From assembly GCA_965205425.1 (NCBI GenBank), contig CBDBGZ010000009.1, forward strand, positions 768,001 through 832,000: a stretch of 64,000 bases of DNA, read 5' to 3'. Shown piece by piece: positions 1-10,596 of this stretch. The first letter of the stretch is position 1. Each line of letters begins with the position of its first letter. Source of the DNA: Nitrosopumilus sp. Its GTDB lineage: Archaea; Thermoproteota; Nitrososphaeria; Nitrososphaerales; Nitrosopumilaceae. Both the position numbers and the translations under genes were made by a program. The notes under the pieces were generated by a model. It made no database searches and was not told where the DNA came from. It saw only the letters and a list, made by a program, of their open reading frames with translations.

Positions 1-629
1 AATTCAAGCTTTTTGATTATGGTTCTCAAATCTCTAGACAGTATTCTTCTTTCACCATTTCCAGCCTTTGCAATATCATCCAATGTTCTTGGAATGTTGT
101 TTTCTCTACAGGCTGCATATAACGAGGCTGAAATCAAAGAATTCATTGTTCTTCCTCTAGTTAGCTTTGCACCAACTACCTTTCTGTAAATGTAGGCTGC
201 ATTTTCTACAACATTATTTGGGATTCCTAGTTTGGTTTTCATTCCGTGAAGCTTTGTGAATGCTTTGCTTAAACTAGCAGTTTTTCTTGATTTGCTTCGT
301 TGATCCCAAGTTCGTAGTCTATTGAATTCATATTTTGTTTTGCTAGATAATGAATTTCCAGAAGAATCTTTATTCGTACCAATTACAGTTGAAAGTCCTT
401 TGTCATGCATTGTTAGTGATGTAGCAGGACCTGTTCTTGCTAGCTTCATAAAGTCTTCAGAGTTGTAACCGTTGTTCTCATATGATGCGTCAGCCATATT
501 TTGCAATAGGATAAGACCGCAACCCCCACAAACAATTTCTCCTCTTTCAGAATCTGTAATTGCAGGGTAGGTTTTGCAAGCATCTAGTTGACACTTGGCA
601 TCATAATCGTTTGAATAATTTTCTACCAC
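1..629 (-). CDS. tfb: Transcription initiation factor IIB (TFB), 3' end runs off the window
   Basis: Manual translation from GTG at 629 gives MVENYSNDYDAKCQLDACKTYPAITDSERGEIVCGGCGL (Zn ribbon), then RTGPATSLTMHDKGLST and a cyclin repeat with RGRT...YAACRE. Confidence 0.93.
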   Translation of the reverse strand, partial: MVENYSNDYDAKCQLDACKTYPAITDSERGEIVCGGCGLILLQNMADASYENNGYNSEDFMKLARTGPATSLTMHDKGLSTVIGTNKDSSGNSLSSKTKYEFNRLRTWDQRSKSRKTASLSKAFTKLHGMKTKLGIPNNVVENAAYIYRKVVGAKLTRGRTMNSLISASLYAACRENNIPRTLDDIAKAGNGERRILSRDLRTIIKKLE

Positions 630-809
630 TATTAACTACTATAGGCAATTATAAAATAAAAATAATGTGATTCAGGTAATTTTGTATTCAAAACTAAACT
701 TCGTAAACGAAAAATTCCTAATTTTTTGTTAAAATTGAATTCTTATCTTCAATACAACACACATTGTAATAAATGTTAAAAATGAAAATAATTTTTTGAA
801 AGAAAATAT

Positions 810-1001
810 CTATTTCTTAATTGATTCTAAAGAATGTCCACGATTTGTAATCATTTGAGTAACTGCTTCAACAGTATAATCAATTCCATGTTCTTCTTCA
901 AAATGATTTCTTAATTTTTCAATCAGACCTATAGTTTTTTCTTCATCTAGAATGTAATCACATTCAAAACCATAATCTTCACATCTCAATTTTAATGTCA
1001 T
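810..1001 (-). CDS. DUF1059-like small metal-binding protein
   Basis: LRCEDYGFECDY...HFEEEHG motif. Confidence 0.7.
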   Translation of the reverse strand: MTLKLRCEDYGFECDYILDEEKTIGLIEKLRNHFEEEHGIDYTVEAVTQMITNRGHSLESIKK

Positions 1002-1134
1002 TCAGTCTGGCAAAAATATTGAACCTATAAAAACCATAGACACATCTTTCTTTATCAATACAAAATTAGGCACAAATTGGGCTTAATCCCTCTCCAAATA
1101 GCACTAATAATGTCAAATTGTCACTATTGGATAG

Positions 1135-1515
1135 ATGAAAGGTTTAGAGTTTGTTTTTCTTGCAGCAGGTTCAGTATTAGGAGCATTTCTAAGATACAAA
1201 GTAACTGAATCACCATTACTATTCAATACATTACCACTCAACGTTTTGATAGTTAATGTATTAGGAGCATTCATTCTAGGAGCATTCATTGTTTTATCTC
1301 AACATTGGCAAATTGATGGAAGATATTCTCTATTTGCAGCTGTAGGATTTTGTGGTTCACTCACTACAATGTCATCGTTTGCACTTGATTCAAGTAATCT
1401 TTTAGAGAATAATCATTATGGTACACTAGCTATCAATATTTTAACTAATGTTGGTTTATCCATTGCTGCGTTAATTGGTGGAAAGTCATTAATGAGTGCA
1501 GTTGTTAATAATTAG
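1135..1515 (+). CDS. crcB: Fluoride efflux channel CrcB/Fluc
   Basis: GAFLRY, NVLGAFILG and GFCGSLTTMSSF motifs; 4 TM. Confidence 0.93.
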   Translation: MKGLEFVFLAAGSVLGAFLRYKVTESPLLFNTLPLNVLIVNVLGAFILGAFIVLSQHWQIDGRYSLFAAVGFCGSLTTMSSFALDSSNLLENNHYGTLAINILTNVGLSIAALIGGKSLMSAVVNN

Positions 1516-1520
1516 TAGAA

Positions 1521-1751
1521 ATGGTCTATTCATATCAGGTTGTAAAATTTCAAACAATTTCTTTTGTTCAAGGAAATCACTGGTCTCAATCAGTTGGAGA
1601 TAAAGGAATTCTTTACAAATCACTTAAAGATCCATATTCAAAACTGATTGTCCAATCATCTAACGGTTCAAAAAAATTATATCATGTCCCAAAAGATAGA
1701 ACCGTCGTAGTAACAAATGACACAATTCATTTTCTTGGAGAATTAGCTTAA
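1521..1751 (+). CDS. Hypothetical protein
   Basis: 76-aa ORF directly following crcB. Confidence 0.6.
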   Translation: MVYSYQVVKFQTISFVQGNHWSQSVGDKGILYKSLKDPYSKLIVQSSNGSKKLYHVPKDRTVVVTNDTIHFLGELA

Positions 1752-2024
1752 TTATTTAAAAAACTGATCAACTTGATCTCTATACTTTAGAGCAATTTTT
1801 CCAAAATCAGTAAAATCATCTGCAGTTGGATATTTCATTTTCATTGCAAATTGATTTACAAATACAGATAATGCACTACCAATAATTAGATTATACACTC
1901 CATCTGCAATATTATTAGAGTATGGAAATGCGACTCTGATAAATGGCAAGTATGTTTCAGTCTGTGAAATCATTAATTTAATGTGCTTCTCAACAAATTC
2001 TTCCACGTCTGCAGGAATTGCCAT
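1752..2024 (-). CDS. Hypothetical protein
   Basis: 90-aa ORF with normal composition. Confidence 0.65.
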   Translation of the reverse strand: MAIPADVEEFVEKHIKLMISQTETYLPFIRVAFPYSNNIADGVYNLIIGSALSVFVNQFAMKMKYPTADDFTDFGKIALKYRDQVDQFFK

Positions 2025-2081
2025 AACTATACTTGTCTTGATTTCTTATAAGTAGAACTTTAATTCTTAGGCATGATTTTT

Positions 2082-2291
2082 TTATCTTACAATTTGTGCC
2101 ATGTACTTTTCTTTACCTTTCCTACTTCTCGGCAAACATCTTAACTGTCTATTACAGCAAGGGCAAATAATTCCTTCATATTCTACAAATACTTCACAAT
2201 AATTACATCTTTTTTGTCCAGCTGCATACCTGCCAATCTCTGTTGGTTTTAGAGCCTTGTATTTTTTACATTTACCTATACAATAAGTCAT
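2082..2291 (-). CDS. Small Cys-rich Zn-finger protein
   Basis: CxGxC...GRY...KRCxxC...CPCC motif. Confidence 0.75.
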   Translation of the reverse strand: MTYCIGKCKKYKALKPTEIGRYAAGQKRCNYCEVFVEYEGIICPCCNRQLRCLPRSRKGKEKYMAQIVR

Positions 2292-2399
2292 GAAATAATG
2301 TAAAATTATCTAAAGATAAAACCTATGATTGCACTGCACTTCACTTTTACAAATTATATTAAAATGAAATTGAATTTATATCGCTAATTTTACATTTTA

Positions 2400-2702
2400 T
2401 TGTTGCTTGAATTAGATAAAAAAGTATTTGGAAATATTACTACTAAAGAAATCATAGGAGCTGATCCACCCGCAATTCCTGATACGAAAAATAATTTTGA
2501 AAAAGAGCTGAGCACTTTACTTACAGAGTTAGGATCTATTCCAAAAATGAATCTTGAAAAACTCTTAGATGAACAAAAAATTGCAGAATCACATATCAAT
2601 AGCAGACCTGGAGCAATGGCTTTAGCACAAAATAAAATTCAACTATTCAATGAATATAATCAAAAATATATTCAACTAATTAAAGAAAAATTAGAATCAT
2701 AA
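2400..2702 (+). CDS. Hypothetical protein
   Basis: 100-aa helical ORF. Confidence 0.6.
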   Translation: MLLELDKKVFGNITTKEIIGADPPAIPDTKNNFEKELSTLLTELGSIPKMNLEKLLDEQKIAESHINSRPGAMALAQNKIQLFNEYNQKYIQLIKEKLES

Positions 2703-2770
2703 TCTACAAATAAAACGATTTTCAAATTTTTTATGCCTATTTTTATAAAAAAATTGTTGATTTATAAAAT

Positions 2771-4243
2771 CTATTCTTTGATAGGTTCCTCATCTTTTTC
2801 TTTGATAAATCCACCTTCAATATTGTCATCTATAGGAACATCAGATATTTTTTCAACTATTATGGACCCATCATCTTTTGAATCATCTGCAGGTTTTACA
2901 AATCCACCTTCAACAGATTCTGGTGGAGGAATTTTCTTTGATTTTCCTAATCCGATCGTTGTAATTATTACTGATGATAAAATAATAAAGAAAATTAGTT
3001 GTGGATATGCTTCAGCATTTGGTAATCCCATAGTAATTGGATATGTTGCAAGTACTGCAGCAGCTAATCCTCTGGGAATCATGGAATTTGTTACTGCTCT
3101 ATCCAAAAGTGAAAATCTTTTTGTTAATGTAATCTTTCCAACTAATATTCTTCCAAAGTAAACAGCAATTGTCATCAAAACTCCAAATATCAGATATTCT
3201 ATTTGTCCAAAACTTGCCATTAATCCTACAAACACAAAGAAAAATGATCTTACCAAAAATGTCAATTGGTTATGTGTCGGATCATCAAGCTCAATTCGTG
3301 GTAATTTGAATCTGAGAATTTTTGCAAGATGATTCTTGTTTCCAAGCATTAAACCAAATACTAATGCAGTTAATGCTCCTGATTCTCCAAATGAATTTGC
3401 CAAGAAGAATAAAACAAACAAAACACCTAATGTAAGCATGTAGGCGTGTTGGGCATTACCAAGTTTTGTAGAAACATACATCCAAGGAATTCCAACTCCA
3501 AATCCAAGTACTAGACCTACTACAACGGCACGTCCTATTGTTTCTTGTAATGTTTGAATATCAAAGTGTCCTGCTAGAACTGCTTCAAATAAAATAAATG
3601 CAACAATTGTTGCCAAAATATCAGTTAATGCAGATTCGAAACTAAGCATTGATTTAGTTTCTTCTGAAATTTTGATATTTCTAACCAGTCCAAAAACTAT
3701 TGCAGAACTACTTCCACCTACAATGGAAGCTAATAATATGCTGTCTAACCATGCCCACCCTAAAGCAAAATGAGCCGCAATAGATATCATTACTACAGAT
3801 AGAACAAAACCAAGAACAGCTAGTGTTACTGAAAAATGAGCAGTTTTGATTACATGTTTGATATCTAAATTCAATCCACCATCAAACATGATTATGATTA
3901 ATGCAAGTGCTGCAAAATACGGAACAACTTGAATTACAGCTTCTGGCTGAATCAAACCAAATACTGGTCCAATTATTACGCCAAGGATCATTAGAAAAGC
4001 TACATCTGGAATACCGGTTTTTTTGAAAAATGCTTCTCCTGCAACTCCTAGAAAAATTACTACACCTGCAGCAAGTAATATCACGTGAGCTTCAGCAATT
4101 GGTCCATCATGAATTGATAATGTTCCAATAGAATTCTGTAACTCTGTAAATTTATCTAAAATCATACTTACATCAAAATTGGACATTGTGTCACCAGTTT
4201 GTCCTTCAAACAAATTCAAAATTGATAAAATTATGAGATCCAT
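2771..4243 (-). CDS. Cation:proton antiporter (CPA1, NhaP-like)
   Basis: ~12 TM; FDGGL, ESALTD and PRGLAAAVLA motifs. Confidence 0.9.
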   Translation of the reverse strand: MDLIILSILNLFEGQTGDTMSNFDVSMILDKFTELQNSIGTLSIHDGPIAEAHVILLAAGVVIFLGVAGEAFFKKTGIPDVAFLMILGVIIGPVFGLIQPEAVIQVVPYFAALALIIIMFDGGLNLDIKHVIKTAHFSVTLAVLGFVLSVVMISIAAHFALGWAWLDSILLASIVGGSSSAIVFGLVRNIKISEETKSMLSFESALTDILATIVAFILFEAVLAGHFDIQTLQETIGRAVVVGLVLGFGVGIPWMYVSTKLGNAQHAYMLTLGVLFVLFFLANSFGESGALTALVFGLMLGNKNHLAKILRFKLPRIELDDPTHNQLTFLVRSFFFVFVGLMASFGQIEYLIFGVLMTIAVYFGRILVGKITLTKRFSLLDRAVTNSMIPRGLAAAVLATYPITMGLPNAEAYPQLIFFIILSSVIITTIGLGKSKKIPPPESVEGGFVKPADDSKDDGSIIVEKISDVPIDDNIEGGFIKEKDEEPIKE

Positions 4244-4344
4244 TTATGACTGAATGTAAATACATCTGGATAAAAGTTAAACTCGACAAATTAACAATTC
4301 TAGGCTCTTTACTGATTTTTAAATAACGTAATTGAGACTAGAAT

Positions 4345-4887
4345 ATGAGTGCCACAAATCAATTGCGTGCTGATCATGATCAAGTTCGCCGTCTAGAAAA
4401 AATAGTCTCAAAATGTGCTGATGAATTATACAACGGCACCAAAATCCCGTTCTCAGATCTTACAAAAATCACCATAGTGATTTCAGAATTTGTAGATACA
4501 ATTCATCATTCAAGAGAAGAAGATTCGTATTTTCCGTGTGTAGCAAGCTATGATAATCTAAAAGAAGAAATAAGAAAATTTATGATTGAACATGAATTTG
4601 GAAGAAATATTGCTAGACAAATATCCGATCATCTCAAAAGATGGAAAAATGGGGAAGATGCAAAAGAACCTGTATCAAGATATCTGAGAGCGTATGCAAT
4701 TTTTCTAAATGATCATCTTAACAAAGAAGACAGGTTCTTTGATACTGCAGAGGCTGAGGTTTTATCAAAAGAAGAAGAAATTGAAATGTATGAACAATAT
4801 AGATCAATTTTTACAATTGTAAAAAAAGTGGAAGAACTAATTGCAGAAATTGATTATTTAGAAAACCAACCTTGGGCTAAAAACTAA
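4345..4887 (+). CDS. Hemerythrin HHE domain protein
   Basis: HHSREE, EHE and HLNKED motifs. Confidence 0.85.
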   Translation: MSATNQLRADHDQVRRLEKIVSKCADELYNGTKIPFSDLTKITIVISEFVDTIHHSREEDSYFPCVASYDNLKEEIRKFMIEHEFGRNIARQISDHLKRWKNGEDAKEPVSRYLRAYAIFLNDHLNKEDRFFDTAEAEVLSKEEEIEMYEQYRSIFTIVKKVEELIAEIDYLENQPWAKN

Positions 4888-4923
4888 CGTAAGCTCTTTA
4901 TGGGTTATTTGGAAATTTTATTC

Positions 4924-5439
4924 ATGAAACCTTTCATTCTTTGGATGACTGGTCTTCCTTGTTCAGGAAAGACCACAATCGTAAAAGATTTGCAAAAAGA
5001 CATTCCAAATTTGGCAATGCTTGATGGTGATGAACTAAGAGAATGGTTCTCTCCAAAAGACTTTTCAAAAGCTGGCCGTGATGAGCATAACAAAAAAGTT
5101 GCTCATTTAGCAAAGCTTTTGTTAAAACATGGTGTTCCAAGTGCAGTATCTCTTGTATCTCCATATCTTGAGAACCGAGAAAATGCAAGGGAGATTGTTG
5201 ATACAGGTGATCAATTTGCAGAATGTTATGTAAAATGTTCACTTGAAAAATGTGAAGAAAGAGATGTCAAAGGTATGTATGCTAAAGCAAGAAAAGGAGA
5301 AATCAAAGGATTTACAGGAATTGATGATCCTTACGAGGCTCCAGAAAAAGCTGATTTAGTTGTTGATACAGAACATGACTCACTTTCAGACAGTGCAAAC
5401 AAAGTAAAGGACTTCCTTAAAGGAAGAAACCTACTCTAA
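4924..5439 (+). CDS. cysC: Adenylyl-sulfate kinase
   Basis: WMTGLPCSGKTT P-loop, LDGD, RDVKGMY, FTGIDDPYEAP; likely start at ATG 4924. Confidence 0.95.
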   Translation: MKPFILWMTGLPCSGKTTIVKDLQKDIPNLAMLDGDELREWFSPKDFSKAGRDEHNKKVAHLAKLLLKHGVPSAVSLVSPYLENRENAREIVDTGDQFAECYVKCSLEKCEERDVKGMYAKARKGEIKGFTGIDDPYEAPEKADLVVDTEHDSLSDSANKVKDFLKGRNLL

Positions 5440-6246
5440 TTTTTTAAATTCTTCAACTATTTTTTCATGAATTAATCCATTAGTTACAAGAATTCCATTT
5501 TGGTGATACACATCTTCATTATTGTATGTGAGATCATTTCCTAACATGTCAGTCATTTTTCCACCTGCTTCAGAAATTATACAATACGAAGCAGCTGAAT
5601 CCCACTCTTTCATTTTATTTGTTGTTGTAATGTATGCTTCAGCTTCACCAGAACTTATCTTTCCAACTTTTAATGAACTACCTATACTTGTAAAATCTTC
5701 AATACCTAATTTTTTAATAAATGATTTTTCTTTATCTGATAAATGATGTCTTGAACCAACAGTTCTACATTTAGGAATTTCTGAAACTTGTGTTACAGTT
5801 ATTTTTCCCCATTTATTATTTGAAAATCTAAATGCACCATTTCCTTTTTGTGCAACAAACATTGTTTTTTCTGTTGGCCATCCAATTACTCCAAGAATTG
5901 GTTTTTTATTTTTGATTAATGAAATCATTACTGTAAATTCACCAGTTTTGTCAATAAAATCAGAAGTTCCATCTAATGGATCCACAATCCAAATTATTTC
6001 CTGTGACAATCTACTCAAGTCATCTTTGTCTTCTTCAGATAGAATTTGGTGTGTAGTTTGTGAGAGGATTTTTTTAATAATTTCATTACTTTTTAGATCA
6101 GCATCTGTTATAGGAGAATCGTCATTTTTTGTAGATGTTTCATATTCTGCATGATAAATCTCTAGAATTGCTTCACCTGCTTCTCTTGCAGCCTTGATAG
6201 CAATTTCTAACTCTGGAATTTTATCAGAAATAGGTATGTCTTTCAA
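5431..6246 (-). CDS. cysQ: 3'(2'),5'-bisphosphate nucleotidase (inositol monophosphatase family)
   Basis: SEE, WIVDPLDGT and EWDSAA motifs; adjacent to cysC. Confidence 0.9.
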   Translation of the reverse strand: MKDIPISDKIPELEIAIKAAREAGEAILEIYHAEYETSTKNDDSPITDADLKSNEIIKKILSQTTHQILSEEDKDDLSRLSQEIIWIVDPLDGTSDFIDKTGEFTVMISLIKNKKPILGVIGWPTEKTMFVAQKGNGAFRFSNNKWGKITVTQVSEIPKCRTVGSRHHLSDKEKSFIKKLGIEDFTSIGSSLKVGKISSGEAEAYITTTNKMKEWDSAASYCIISEAGGKMTDMLGNDLTYNNEDVYHQNGILVTNGLIHEKIVEEFKKLE

Positions 6247-6256
6247 TTGAAATTAC

Positions 6257-6499
6257 CTAAGTTGTAAGTTCTGGTTTTAGTGTCCAAGCAACTCCAAGAA
6301 CAATAAATGGAATTGACATTACTCCTATGATAGCTAATATTGTATTAAATTGGGTTTCTGACACTTCTGGATTATTTACTATCCATGGAAGTGGTAATGT
6401 GATAATTATCCAAATAATTCCTAAAAGTATGATTAATTTTGCTTTAGATTTTTTATCATTCATCATATTTGTTCTCCTCCGGAGTTGTATTAAATTCAT
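6257..6499 (-). CDS. Small 2-TM membrane protein
   Basis: Two hydrophobic segments. Confidence 0.6.
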   Translation of the reverse strand: MNLIQLRRRTNMMNDKKSKAKLIILLGIIWIIITLPLPWIVNNPEVSETQFNTILAIIGVMSIPFIVLGVAWTLKPELTT

Positions 6500-6505
6500 G
6501 TGAAT

Positions 6506-7249
6506 TCATTTGATTGATTCCCCTCCATCTACAGTAAGAATCGCACCTGTAGTCCAAGATGCATCATTTGAGGCAAAATACAGCACTGCTCTTCCTATCT
6601 CATCAGGCTGTCCAATTCTACCTAATGGATGTTCGTTATCCATGAATTCTTTATCTTTCTGAGTTTTCAAAAATGGTTTTGTCATATCTGTATCAACTAC
6701 TCCAGGACAAATACAATTCACTCTAATCTTATCTTTAGAATATTCTAATGCCCAACATTTTGTTAATAGGATTAATGCCGCCTTTGATGCAGAATATGCA
6801 TCTGCATTAAATCCTTCATAGGCCTTTATTCCTGCATCTGATGAAATATTAATTATTGAACCGAATGTTTTTTGTAAATGAGGAATTGCTTCTTTAGTAA
6901 ATCTATACTGTCCTGTAAGATTCACATCTAATACTTTGTTCCATTCATCTTCATCAATTTCATGCAATTTTTTAATTTGTGGAAAAACTCCTGCATTATT
7001 TACAAGAATATCTAATTTACCAAATTTCTCAATAATTTCTCTTATGACATTTTTTACCTCATTTGTTTTTCTAATGTCAGCTGTAATTGAAATTGCATTT
7101 GGAATTTCTTTTATTGCATTTTTCAATCGCTCTTTATCTTTTGCAGTAATGATTACTGTAGCTCCATTTTCTGCTAAAATTTTTGCGGTAGCTAACCCTA
7201 TACCACGACTTCCACCTGTAACTAGGGCAACCTTATCTGATAATTTCAA
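6506..7249 (-). CDS. SDR family oxidoreductase
   Basis: TGGSRGIG, NNAG, YSASK. Confidence 0.93.
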   Translation of the reverse strand: MKLSDKVALVTGGSRGIGLATAKILAENGATVIITAKDKERLKNAIKEIPNAISITADIRKTNEVKNVIREIIEKFGKLDILVNNAGVFPQIKKLHEIDEDEWNKVLDVNLTGQYRFTKEAIPHLQKTFGSIINISSDAGIKAYEGFNADAYSASKAALILLTKCWALEYSKDKIRVNCICPGVVDTDMTKPFLKTQKDKEFMDNEHPLGRIGQPDEIGRAVLYFASNDASWTTGAILTVDGGESIK

Positions 7250-7387
7250 TAATTTTTAGATGTGAATTTAGTAATTTATAGATCAATTAGCTAATAATGC
7301 AAATATTAGAAATTATACAAAAACTATTATTTTTATGTAAAATTTCATATTAAATGTTAAATACTTAAAGTTACTATAGTAATTAAT

Positions 7388-7518
7388 GTCGAAAGATATA
7401 ATTGCTATCGACTAAACCTGCGTAGCCCCGCAGAACGAACAAGGTGATCAGACGTTAAACGGCTGACAAAGAGAGGAAATCTCTCAGTGTTCTGTAACAA
7501 AGGGGTGTACGCCTTTTT
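7388..7518 (+). ncRNA. Candidate structured non-coding RNA (unidentified)
   Basis: GC-rich island in an AT-rich spacer with nested stems (GCGTA/TACGC, GCCCC/GGGGT, GCAGAAC/GTTCTGT), two inner hairpins and a 3' T-tract. Confidence 0.55.
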
Positions 7519-7960
7519 AATTTTCTAAAATGTCCACAGATACCGAACCTATTGTTTTACCATTTGGATTGATTGTAATTGAAATTTCTTGCATTTCCAA
7601 TATTGTAATATTTTTTTGTCCATCATAATCCCATGTATAATATTCTGATATCCCAGTTTGATGCGGTGTTCCAACTAGTTTGAAATCTTCGGTATATGCA
7701 AATGAATCTCCATCTAATGTAATTGACAAAACTTTTGGGCTACTGCCATTTGGAACAAATCTAAAATAATATTCTCCTTTTTCAATTGTGAATGTATTTG
7801 TGTATATCCCATCAACGTAAAGTTTAGGATCTGCTAGCGTTACATGAAATTGTATATTCTTTTTTTCACTAGATTCTTCAAATGAAAAACTTGCTAAAAT
7901 AATTGCCAAAATGATAACTATTGGTACGATTTTTATTTTTTTATTCACTGAAATAAACAT
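7517..7960 (-). CDS. Membrane-anchored hypothetical protein
   Basis: N-terminal TM segment followed by a beta-rich domain. Confidence 0.7.
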   Translation of the reverse strand: MFISVNKKIKIVPIVIILAIILASFSFEESSEKKNIQFHVTLADPKLYVDGIYTNTFTIEKGEYYFRFVPNGSSPKVLSITLDGDSFAYTEDFKLVGTPHQTGISEYYTWDYDGQKNITILEMQEISITINPNGKTIGSVSVDILEN

Positions 7961-8033
7961 AAAATTCCATTATAAAAGTAAATTCCATATAATATCAATA
8001 TGCTTAAGTTCCTAATTTTATAAAAATTTGTAA

Positions 8034-8318
8034 ATGAGTTTTAATTGTAAGAGATGTAATTCAGTTTTCCAAATAGAGATAAAATCAATATGTAAAAATT
8101 GTAAAATTCAATTAGATTTACTAAATCAAGAGTTAAAAATTAATAATGAAAGAATCAAAAAACTCGAAGAACATAAAAAATCTGAATCAAATAATCCTAA
8201 ATCTACAAATCCTCACACAAGATCAGAAACAATGAAACGAATAGAGTATAACTTACAGCTTGAATACAAAAAACATGATGGAATTATTAAAATGATGAAT
8301 TCTACTGATTTATTCTAA
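8034..8318 (+). CDS. Hypothetical Zn-ribbon/coiled-coil protein
   Basis: Two CxxC at the N-terminus. Confidence 0.55.
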   Translation: MSFNCKRCNSVFQIEIKSICKNCKIQLDLLNQELKINNERIKKLEEHKKSESNNPKSTNPHTRSETMKRIEYNLQLEYKKHDGIIKMMNSTDLF

Positions 8319-8494
8319 ATCGTTCTTGTTTGGGTTATGATTATTTCTTAATTTGAAATTAATTTTTTATCTCTTTAATTATTTAATTTTTTAGGAAGAG
8401 ATTTTTGATATACTCACTTTTAGTTAGTAATTTTTTATGTTCTGTAAACCATTCTTTACACCGGAAATTAAGTACACATTCTAAAATCAAAGGC

Positions 8495-9142
8495 ATGCCT
8501 AGCGGTCTATCCAACAAATGGTCAAAGCAACCACAGCCTGGTATTACTGAAAAAATTGGTGATACAATAAAGCCAAAAGGTGCCCTAAAACCACGAGTTC
8601 AGGAAGGAATTAAAAAATTACAATTACAAATTAAAAAATTAGATACAATGCTTTCAAGTTTACAAGAGCGTGATGCAAAACTATTCCAAAGAATTGTTGA
8701 TGCAACACAAAAACATGATGTTCAAACTACCAAAGTTCTCGGAAATGAACTTGCTGAAGTACGAAAAGTTACGAAAATTTTAAGCAGTGCAAGAATTGCA
8801 CTAGAGCAAATTGAATTACGATTAACTACATGCAGTGATCTTGGAGATACTGTAGTAGCCATTATGCCAACAATGGGATTAATGAAGGGATTAAAGTCAT
8901 CACTTGGCAAAATAATGCCAGGAGCAGAACAAGAAATTGGTCAAATGGCAGAAATGCTTGGTGGATTTATGACTGAAAGTTTCTCAGGTGATGCAGCATT
9001 TGGTACAGATGAAACAATGAGTGCAGAATCTGAAAATATTCTAAAAGAAGCAGCAGCCGTTGCAGAAAGTTCAGCAGGACAAATGTTCCCATCTGTTCCT
9101 ACTGATACACAAGAAGAAGCTTCTACAAACAAATTCTTATAA
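8495..9142 (+). CDS. cdvB: ESCRT-III/Snf7 family cell division protein (CdvB paralog)
   Basis: LKPR...ERDAKLFQRIV...NELAEVRK...ALEQIELRL; similar to 54161..54811; probable start MPSGL at 8495. Confidence 0.9.
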   Translation: MPSGLSNKWSKQPQPGITEKIGDTIKPKGALKPRVQEGIKKLQLQIKKLDTMLSSLQERDAKLFQRIVDATQKHDVQTTKVLGNELAEVRKVTKILSSARIALEQIELRLTTCSDLGDTVVAIMPTMGLMKGLKSSLGKIMPGAEQEIGQMAEMLGGFMTESFSGDAAFGTDETMSAESENILKEAAAVAESSAGQMFPSVPTDTQEEASTNKFL

Positions 9143-9154
9143 TTTTAAAATCTT

Positions 9155-9625
9155 TTATTCATTCACAGAATCTCTAGATTCTTTAATTTTTCTAACTCTA
9201 CTACCTTCATCATCAATAACTCTATCAACACCAGAAAGTTTTTCTCTTAAAGTATTGATGATCGAACCTACTTCATCTGCCTCACTTTCTACTTGTTGTC
9301 TTTTATTAGCAAGTTCTGCAATTCCTCTATTTTCTTCTTCTATGTATTCACTAACTTTTTGAAGTTTTTCTTTGAGATTTTTAATATCAACTGATTCTTC
9401 TTCTATATCTTTTTCAAGTAATGTTCTTTTATCTTTGAGATTTTTAATCATTAAACCAACATAATCTATTGCTTCTTCTAATTTTGCCCGTTTTCCCATT
9501 AATTCACCAATTCCGATTTGACTGGATGATTCAGTTACTGAGCTAGATTCTACAGATTCTTCAACATTGGTATTTCTTTCTTCTACCATTTCTCCTCCCT
9601 CTTCATTTTTGAATTTATCAAACAT
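9155..9625 (-). CDS. Coiled-coil hypothetical protein
   Basis: Heptad-rich, acidic 156-aa ORF. Confidence 0.75.
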   Translation of the reverse strand: MFDKFKNEEGGEMVEERNTNVEESVESSSVTESSSQIGIGELMGKRAKLEEAIDYVGLMIKNLKDKRTLLEKDIEEESVDIKNLKEKLQKVSEYIEEENRGIAELANKRQQVESEADEVGSIINTLREKLSGVDRVIDDEGSRVRKIKESRDSVNE

Positions 9626-9723
9626 TTTATGATTTACTTTTCAAAATGGGAATAAAAAGTTACATTGCATCTCAAAGCTGACCTTGTGAATGATTTTTAG
9701 TCAATTAAAGAAAAAAGTGGTGA

Positions 9724-10282
9724 TTATCTCACCGGTGTTAAATTTCTGAATTCTTGGTTAGAACCAATTGATTTTTCTGAATTTATGGCAGAATCTACAT
9801 TATGTAACAGCTTGATATTTTGAGCCGTTTCCAGATTTTTCATCATAGAATTCACAAATGAGATCGCATAACCATTTTCCTCATCAGTTTCTGAGATTTT
9901 TCCAGAAAATACCACTTTGAAGACAAGATTCTCGTTTGTAGTATCTTCCTTTATTGAAATTTCCCATAGATTTTCACCAATTTTTAATGCTTTTCCATCA
10001 AAAAGAATGATTCCTGATTGAAATGCCTTGTAGTTTACGTATGCCCATGACATTTGATCATCAAATGATAAAGTTCTCTTCAGATATCTCTTCAGGAAGA
10101 ACATATTGATAGACTTCAAGCTTTCCATCAACCATTTTTTCTGTGAGTATTGCTTTGAGTTCTCTATTTTCTATCTGTTTACCTTCATTTTCTGCAAATG
10201 CATAGGTTACAGATAGGGGTGAAGCACCAAGCATCAAGAGGATGGCTAATGCTCCAATAATACGAATTTGGGTTTTTACCAT
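9724..10282 (-). pseudogene. Frameshifted secreted protein gene (two overlapping ORFs)
   Basis: Signal-peptide ORF 10061..10282 overlaps 9724..10131 in another frame; the switch lies near a tandem CTGAAGAGA repeat. Confidence 0.55.
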
Positions 10283-10596
10283 GTCAAGATACAGTCTAAA
10301 TGATAGATTAGGAACAGCGAGGAATTGTCCTGTTCCTTATATACAAAATTTTGTCAAAGTCATCCAAATTTTAGAAAAAAGAATCATTTTCTTCAAAATG
10401 CTTCAAAAGACTGTTTTTTGATAAAAATAATATTTTTTTAGATTAATTCTTAGGCATGTTTTTCACCAATCTTTTTCCTATATTTTGAAAATCATCAAAA
10501 ACAAGGTATTTTTTTGGCGAAACTGGTGTTCCGCTTTGTGTTCCGCTGTGAAGTTTCAAAATGTTCCTCATAAACTACATTGTTCTATACTAGAGC

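Noticed and set aside
1002..1134. Fluoride riboswitch upstream of crcB
   Set aside because: No GGCGATGG...CTGATG-like consensus or matching stem is visible.
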